Below are positions 56,248-64,000 of a DNA stretch of 64,000 bases, piece after piece; the stretch's first letter is position 1, and each line of letters starts with the position of its first letter. The notes below the pieces were generated by a model. That model did not search any database, had not been told where the DNA came from, and saw nothing but the letters and a program-made list of their open reading frames with translations. This DNA comes from an uncultured Candidatus Saccharibacteria bacterium. GTDB lineage: Bacteria; Patescibacteriota; Minisyncoccia; Phycocordibacterales; 2-02-FULL-43-11. Made by a program: the position numbers and the translations under genes. The DNA is taken from positions 120,369 to 184,368 of the forward strand of contig CAYGDO010000001.1 in NCBI GenBank assembly GCA_964348785.1, written 5' to 3'.

Positions 56248-57780
56248 ATGAACAAAGACGCTATATTAAATCAGTTAAAAGAAGAAATACTTGGAGTTTC
56301 AGGTAAAACCACAAAAAGTGAGGTGGGAGAAGTTATAAGATCAGGCGACGGCGTGGCTGAAATAAAAGGCTTATCTAACGTCATGTACGGCGAACTCTTG
56401 GAATTTGAAGGTGTTGATGGAGTACAAGGCATGGCATTAAACCTTGAAGAGCAATCAGTCAAAGCCATCATTTTAGGTGAAACAAGAAAAATAAAAGAAG
56501 GACAAGTTGTAAAAAGTACTGGCAACGTACTTTCAATACCTATTTCAGAAAAATTAATCGGAAGAGTTATTGACCCATTAGGAAATCCAAAAGACGGAGG
56601 TCCAGCAATTCCAAAAGAAAATGCTAAAAGATACCCCCTTGAAAAAGTAGCTCCAGGAGTTATCACAAGAGAATCAGTAAAAACACCCCTTCACACAGGT
56701 TGGAAAGCAATCGATGCAGTTATTCCAATTGGACGTGGGCAGAGAGAGCTCATTATCGGTGACAGACAAACTGGTAAAACAGCTTTGGCAATTGATGCCA
56801 TAATCAACCAAGGAAAAGAGAAAAAATTCTCTACTCCAATTTGTATATATGTTGCTATTGGTCAAAAAGAATCTAAAGTTGCCCAAATAGTAGAAAAATT
56901 AAGAAAAGCTGGCGCCATGGAATACACCGTGGTCGTAACAGCTGCCGCCTCAGAAGCCGCCGCTTTGCAATTTTTAGCTCCATATTCCGGATGTGCTATT
57001 GGTGAATATTTTATGGATCAAGGCAAAGACGCTCTTGTTGTTTATGATGATTTATCAAAACATGCTTGGGCATACAGACAAGTCTCCTTACTCTTAAGAA
57101 GACCACCAGGAAGAGAAGCCTACCCTGGAGATGTTTTCTATCTTCACTCAAGACTTCTTGAAAGAGCAGCGAAATTAGGTAAAGATTTCGGAGGTGGTTC
57201 ACTTACCGCCCTCCCTATCATTGAAACTCAACTCGGTGATATTTCTGCTTATATTCCAACCAACGTCATCTCAATCACAGACGGACAAATATATCTAGAA
57301 CCGGAACTTTTCTATCAAGGTATAAGACCGGCCGTTAACGTTGGTCTTTCAGTCTCTCGTGTCGGTTCTGCCGCTCAAACAAAAGCTATGAAAAAAGTTG
57401 CTGGAACTTTGAGACTTGAACTTGCGCAATTTAGAGAACTCGCCGCTTTTGCCCAATTTGGACAAGACTTGGATGAAAGCACAAAAAAGAAAATCGAGAG
57501 AGGACGAAGACTTACAGAACTTTTGAAACAACCAGAACTTTCAAGTATTCCTTTCGAGGAACAAGTTATTGCTATATATTCTGCAACTGGTGGTTTTATG
57601 GATAAAGTAGAAGTAGAAGATGTAAAAGAATTTGAGAAAAAACTTATATCTTTTCTCAAAGAAAGACATTCTGCAATAATAAAAGAAATTCAAGATTCGA
57701 CCGAATTAAAACCTGAAACAGAAAAATCATTAAAGGAAGCTTGTAGTGATTTCGCTACAAATTATTGGAGTAAGGTCTAG
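56248..57780 (+). CDS. atpA: ATP synthase F1 alpha subunit
   Basis: Walker [10 protein letters not shown]. 510 aa. Confidence 0.97.
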   Translation: MNKDAILNQLKEEILGVSGKTTKSEVGEVIRSGDGVAEIKGLSNVMYGELLEFEGVDGVQGMALNLEEQSVKAIILGETRKIKEGQVVKSTGNVLSIPISEKLIGRVIDPLGNPKDGGPAIPKENAKRYPLEKVAPGVITRESVKTPLHTGWKAIDAVIPIGRGQRELIIGDRQTGKTALAIDAIINQGKEKKFSTPICIYVAIGQKESKVAQIVEKLRKAGAMEYTVVVTAAASEAAALQFLAPYSGCAIGEYFMDQGKDALVVYDDLSKHAWAYRQVSLLLRRPPGREAYPGDVFYLHSRLLERAAKLGKDFGGGSLTALPIIETQLGDISAYIPTNVISITDGQIYLEPELFYQGIRPAVNVGLSVSRVGSAAQTKAMKKVAGTLRLELAQFRELAAFAQFGQDLDESTKKKIERGRRLTELLKQPELSSIPFEEQVIAIYSATGGFMDKVEVEDVKEFEKKLISFLKERHSAIIKEIQDSTELKPETEKSLKEACSDFATNYWSKV

Positions 57781-57826
57781 TCAATTTATTTTTGACTTTG
57801 GGTTTTTAATTTTTGATACAACTGAA

Positions 57827-60171
<2,345 letters not shown>

Positions 60172-60176
60172 AACCC

Positions 60177-60410
60177 ATGAAGGTATTTATCTACGCACTC
60201 GACAAAACTTTATACGAAGGAGAGGCTGAGGCAATCAGCTTACCTACCGTTGATGGAGAAATCACCGTATTAAATAAACACCTTCCAATTATAACTTCCC
60301 TCAAAAAAGGGGTTATAAAAATTTCAAACGGAAAAGAAAAAAAGAATTTTGAAATAAAAAGCGGTTTTGCTGAGATTAATCAGAAGCAAACTATAATACT
60401 GATCAAATAA
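60177..60410 (+). CDS. atpC: ATP synthase F1 epsilon subunit (beta-sandwich domain only)
   Basis: 77 aa. Positioned after atpD. Confidence 0.7.
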   Translation: MKVFIYALDKTLYEGEAEAISLPTVDGEITVLNKHLPIITSLKKGVIKISNGKEKKNFEIKSGFAEINQKQTIILIK

Positions 60411-60563
60411 ATTCTTTGGTTGGCAAAGCAAACGATGCTAAACAGCTAGGTACTGAGCCTACCAAGGCGAACGTGTAAGAGATCAATCAGAAACAAGTGA
60501 TCATACTAACCAAGTAAATCTTAAGTAATCTTTACAAGGTTCGACCTTGTAATTTTAAGAAGT

Positions 60564-61094
60564 TTATATTTTTGTTGAGTCAACAAAACCATTTCTCGTA
60601 AAAATCAGACCTATAACTAAACCTAAAATTGCCCCAGCCAAAACATCTGCTGGATAGTGAACTCCAACAAATATTCTGCCTAATGAAACTAGGATGGCAA
60701 AAAATAAAATTAAAAAACTAAGTTTTTTATTATATTTAAAGACAAAAACAGACAACAAAAAACTTATAGTGGCATGCCTTGAAGGAAAAGAAAAACCTGT
60801 TTCTTCCACTAATTGGCGGACCTGATCTAACGACTCAAAAGGTCTTGGTCTTGGCCAAATTTCATTAAAAACAAAAACTATCAAACCTAAAGCCAAGAGA
60901 TTAGCCAAAGCAAAAATTGAAAAAACCTTAAACTTAAAATTTAAAGGTCTTTTCCAAACTAAAAAAGCAATTAAAATTATAAGGACGGAAAGATAGAGTA
61001 ATTTATCAGAAATAAAAACAAAAAAATAATCCCAATTTTGATTTAAACCAGCATAACTATTTAGCCAGAAAAAACCAGTTAAATCCCAAAACAT
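60564..61094 (-). CDS. PAP2 family phosphatase (membrane)
   Basis: KxxxxxxRP, SFPSRHA and a third His motif, characteristic of PAP2. Confidence 0.8.
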   Translation of the reverse strand: MFWDLTGFFWLNSYAGLNQNWDYFFVFISDKLLYLSVLIILIAFLVWKRPLNFKFKVFSIFALANLLALGLIVFVFNEIWPRPRPFESLDQVRQLVEETGFSFPSRHATISFLLSVFVFKYNKKLSFLILFFAILVSLGRIFVGVHYPADVLAGAILGLVIGLIFTRNGFVDSTKI

Positions 61095-61110
61095 AAAAAC
61101 ATTATAACAA

Positions 61111-61145
61111 AAACTACCGCAGGTTTTAACCTGCGGTAGTTTTTA
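61111..61145. terminator. Bidirectional terminator hairpin downstream of metK
   Basis: aaactaccgcaggtt TTA aacctgcggtagttt with flanking T/A runs. Confidence 0.65.
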
Positions 61146-61151
61146 AATAAG

Positions 61152-62225
61152 TTAAAACTTAATTATCTTTTCCCAAGCTAAACCCTTTTTACCAAAATGA
61201 CCATAAGAAGCTGTCCCCGAAAATACAGGTTTTCTAAGTTCAAGAAAATCAATAATATTTTTAGGCTTGAAATCAAAATTTTTTAACACGACATGAGACA
61301 AATCATTTCCCTTTTCATCAACCGCTGAAATCATGAGAGGTTCTGCCCTACCAATCGCATAAGCAACTGATACCAAACACTGCTTAGCATATTTATTAGC
61401 AACCAAGTTTTTAGCCACAAATCTAGCCATATAAGCAGCTGATCGATCCACCTTTGTTAAATCTTTACCTGAAAATGCTCCACCGCCATGCTGAATCAAA
61501 CCCCCATAGGTATCCACCATAATTTTTCTACCAGTCAGTCCAGTATCAGCATCAAAACCACCAAGAACAAAAGCCCCTGTTGGATTTACCAAAATTTCAA
61601 CGTTCTTTGCTATTGGTTTCCCTGTAATTTTTTTAACTATCGGCTTTATTAATTTTTCAGTTACCGTCTTTTTTATTTCATCTTGATTAACATTTTTATC
61701 ATGCTGACAACTGACCAAAACCGACTGCAACTTACCATTTTTAAAAGTAACTTGGGTCTTACCATCCGGCCTTAACCATTTCACCTTTTTACTCTTTCTC
61801 AAATCTTCCAAACCTTTTGAAAGAGCGTGGGACAAAACAACGGCTATAGGCATCTTTTCTTCAGTCTCATCAGACGCGAAGCCATACATGATCCCTTGGT
61901 CACCAGCTCCGCCAGTATCAACTCCCATGGCAATATCAGGAGATTGCTCTGAAATTACGACTTGAATTTTTAAAGGATTTTCATAACCAATATTCTTATA
62001 AACCTCTTCAGCAATCTTTTTATAATCAACTTTAGCTTTTGTTGTGACTTCTCCCCCAATAACCAGATGTCCATGACTACCAAAAGTCTCAACGGCCACC
62101 CTACTAAAAGAATCCTGTCGCAAACATTCATCTAAAATAGCGTCAGATATCTGATCACATACTTTGTCTGGATGACCAGACGTGACACTCTCGACTGTAT
62201 ACGTACCTTTTTTTGAATAAAACAT
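61152..62225 (-). CDS. metK: S-adenosylmethionine synthetase
   Basis: GHPDKVCDQISDAILD and GGGAFSGKD motifs. Start set at 62225 (MFYSKKG), because the track start 62249 lies inside the riboswitch terminator stem. Confidence 0.9.
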   Translation of the reverse strand: MFYSKKGTYTVESVTSGHPDKVCDQISDAILDECLRQDSFSRVAVETFGSHGHLVIGGEVTTKAKVDYKKIAEEVYKNIGYENPLKIQVVISEQSPDIAMGVDTGGAGDQGIMYGFASDETEEKMPIAVVLSHALSKGLEDLRKSKKVKWLRPDGKTQVTFKNGKLQSVLVSCQHDKNVNQDEIKKTVTEKLIKPIVKKITGKPIAKNVEILVNPTGAFVLGGFDADTGLTGRKIMVDTYGGLIQHGGGAFSGKDLTKVDRSAAYMARFVAKNLVANKYAKQCLVSVAYAIGRAEPLMISAVDEKGNDLSHVVLKNFDFKPKNIIDFLELRKPVFSGTASYGHFGKKGLAWEKIIKF

Positions 62226-62231
62226 TTTTGT

Positions 62232-62368
62232 AAAAAAATAACCCGCCATGCGGGAAGAAAAATGACTAGTTATCCTCCCCTAATGGGGCTGGGTTTGGCA
62301 CCTTATTAAAAACAGGTTGCCGGGCGAATCATTGAGCCAGAACTCTCATCGCCACTCTTGATAAATAT
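62232..62368 (-). promoter_or_regulatory. SAM-I (S-box) riboswitch in the metK leader
   Basis: Minus-strand TTATCAAGAGTGGCGATGAGAG..TGGCTCAATGATTCGCCCGGCAACC...GGTGCCAAACCCAGCC matches the SAM-I consensus (YTCTTATCAAGAG.GG.GGAGGGA...GGCCC.ATGA..CC.GCAACC...GGTGC.AA.TCC). Terminator cccgcatggcggg + T-run lies immediately before the ATG. Confidence 0.75.
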
Positions 62369-62447
62369 TAAATTGTAGAACCATTGTAACAAAAGACGAC
62401 AAATTTTGTCCAGTGCCATTAACCACATCCCAAATTCAGCTTGATAT

Positions 62448-63359
62448 TTATAAGTCCAAATTTCTTATCAATTCAGCGTCCACAGTTGTTTCAGCCCCTT
62501 CTCTAATTGAACCGTAAAATCTAACAACATCACCCTCCACAAACCTATTTAATTTTGTATTGGCTTTTTTGTTATTCAAAACTTCAGATTTATCATTTAA
62601 AATTACAGTGTAATCAACTCCCCCCACTGTAACTACCGCATTTGTAGGCAAAGTAACACTCGATAAACTCTTAAGCTTTCCCTGGAAATTCCTAGGAGCA
62701 AAAATCTTTCTGTCTTGATATATTTCAAGACTTTGTGCCTTAACGGTCTCTGTAGGTTGATGATAGACCCCTTTCAAACGCAAAATCACATCTCCCTTTT
62801 TTATATCAGGAGAAGTAATAGTTACATTACCTTTTTTAATAAAAGTATCTGATAATATGTTTATCTTTAATTCTTTTTTATTTTTTGTCTTTAGTGTAAG
62901 CGTTTTACTATCACTACTAATATTAGTTATGGTTCCAGAAAAATCTCCCTCCTCATTTTCCAAAGACAAATCTCTAATAAAAGATGCTTTCATATCCATA
63001 GACTCTGCGCCAGAAACAAGAACACCATCAATATTCACAATATGACCCAATTTTATTTCCGAAAAACTAGCAGAGCCATTAAACCTCTTAACAATTTTAG
63101 TATTCCCGTCAGTACGCACTGTCCATCTTATATAAACATTATCCCAATTTGTTCTTATAAAAAAAGTATTACTGATGATGTGGAACACAACACCATTTTG
63201 GATCTTTACTTCACCTTTTTCAGAAACACTGACAATTGCTGGTGGTTTAGGAGGATTAGCAATATCAAATTCTTCTACAGCAAAAATCCCAACGGGGACA
63301 ATAAAAACAGCCAAAATAGCTGAAAAAATAAGCTTTTTATAGAAAATTAAACTCTGCAT
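62448..63359 (-). CDS. Hypothetical secreted protein (303 aa)
   Basis: Signal peptide and beta-rich repetitive KGDV/KGNV modules. Confidence 0.4.
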   Translation of the reverse strand: MQSLIFYKKLIFSAILAVFIVPVGIFAVEEFDIANPPKPPAIVSVSEKGEVKIQNGVVFHIISNTFFIRTNWDNVYIRWTVRTDGNTKIVKRFNGSASFSEIKLGHIVNIDGVLVSGAESMDMKASFIRDLSLENEEGDFSGTITNISSDSKTLTLKTKNKKELKINILSDTFIKKGNVTITSPDIKKGDVILRLKGVYHQPTETVKAQSLEIYQDRKIFAPRNFQGKLKSLSSVTLPTNAVVTVGGVDYTVILNDKSEVLNNKKANTKLNRFVEGDVVRFYGSIREGAETTVDAELIRNLDL

Positions 63360-63399
63360 ATCAAAAAGATAACAGTTAAAGACCTTGTTGGCAACAAGT

Positions 63400-64000
63400 T
63401 TACGGTATCAAATTTTTTACTTCACCAACTAAAAATCCGTTTATATTATCTATCGTAGTATCCAAAATTCTCTCAATGGCCTCTTTTGTGTTGAATGCGT
63501 TATGTGGAGTAAGAACAACGTTCGGCATATCAATGAGAATGTGGTTAGCAATAATAGTTTTTAAATCATGACCTTCAGTTTTTCCAGAAATCAAAAAGTC
63601 CATCTCGTCTTTTGCCACACCCTCTTCTTCAAAAACATCAATACCTGCACCTCCCAAATGTTTCTCTCGGAGGGCCTTCACTAATGCTTGAGTTTCCACC
63701 ACAGGACCCCTGCTGGTATTTATAAGCACTGCCCCTTTTTTCATTATAAACAATCTTCTTTCATCAATTAAATGATGGGTATCTTTATTATACGGAACGT
63801 GAAGAGTCACAACATCTGACTCCTTAAGCAAATCGTCTAAACTTCTATATTCAACACCAGCTTCCTTGGCATATTTTTCATCTGGAAATGGATCATAAGC
63901 TACAACTTTCATATCAAATCCTTTAGCCATTCTTATGGAGTGTCTACCAATCCTTCCTGTACCAACAACGCCAATAGTTTTTCCTTTCAAATCAAACCCT
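63400..64000 (-). CDS. D-isomer-specific 2-hydroxyacid dehydrogenase family protein (C-terminal part; continues beyond the window end)
   Basis: NAD-binding GKTIGVVGTGRIGRHSIRMAKGFDMKVVAYDP and catalytic region. The ORF is open to the window edge. Confidence 0.8.
   Translation of the reverse strand, partial: GFDLKGKTIGVVGTGRIGRHSIRMAKGFDMKVVAYDPFPDEKYAKEAGVEYRSLDDLLKESDVVTLHVPYNKDTHHLIDERRLFIMKKGAVLINTSRGPVVETQALVKALREKHLGGAGIDVFEEEGVAKDEMDFLISGKTEGHDLKTIIANHILIDMPNVVLTPHNAFNTKEAIERILDTTIDNINGFLVGEVKNLIP

Noticed and set aside
62226-62249. Track start of metK at 62249 (MAGYFFTK...).
   Set aside because: This ATG lies inside the SAM riboswitch terminator stem cccgcCATgcggg. The conserved MetK N-terminus begins at the downstream Met (62225).

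Overview
This window reads as a low-GC (about 33-35%) bacterial chromosome segment with a reduced, Patescibacteria/CPR-like gene repertoire. That placement is inferred from truncated ValS, short ATP synthase delta and epsilon subunits, many small secreted or membrane hypothetical proteins and a type IV pilin.

Housekeeping core:
- ftsA (3' part) and ftsZ, trxB, mscL, tsaD, valS, Hsp20, lepA, murJ and RNase P RNA.
- Class II ribonucleotide reductase, NrdH-like glutaredoxin, uppP, htpX, lemA, groES-groEL, secG, RNase J, MFS transporter, Fic, htrA, a complete F1Fo ATP synthase operon (atpZ/I-B-E-F-H-A-G-D-C) and metK with a SAM-I riboswitch.
- Seven tRNA genes.

Main unusual content:
1. A tRNA-Phe(GAA) split by a 230-nt group I (IC3-like) intron. 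Next to it lies a freestanding ORF with an HTH domain and a possible LAGLIDADG-like motif.
2. Three minus-strand tRNAs (Val, Arg, Gly) are each followed by a short GC-rich insert and a direct repeat of the tRNA 3' end. This looks like att-site scars or miniature integrative elements.
3. A deoxynucleotide-catabolism cluster: two paralogous YfbR-like HD 5'-deoxynucleotidases, a MazG-like NTP pyrophosphatase with a possible MazE/AbrB-like partner, DNPH1/Rcl dNMP N-glycosidase and a TrmB-like regulator. Into it is inserted a strongly GC-rich (about 60%) 429-aa orphan ORF with an internal duplication and a CxxCx4CxC cluster. The whole unit is bracketed by a 27-bp palindromic direct repeat.
4. Other GC-rich foreign patches: a PIN-PhoH (PhoH2) gene, a small secreted ORF wedged between ftsA and ftsZ, and a 143-aa orphan.
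5. Two copies of a roughly 115-bp MITE-like inverted-repeat element (TIR CCCGTTAGAAGT).
6. A CT-rich intergenic repeat family, a heptanucleotide triplet repeat inside tsaD, and a duplicated htpX 3' end.

All coordinates were counted by hand from the text and may be off by a few nt.
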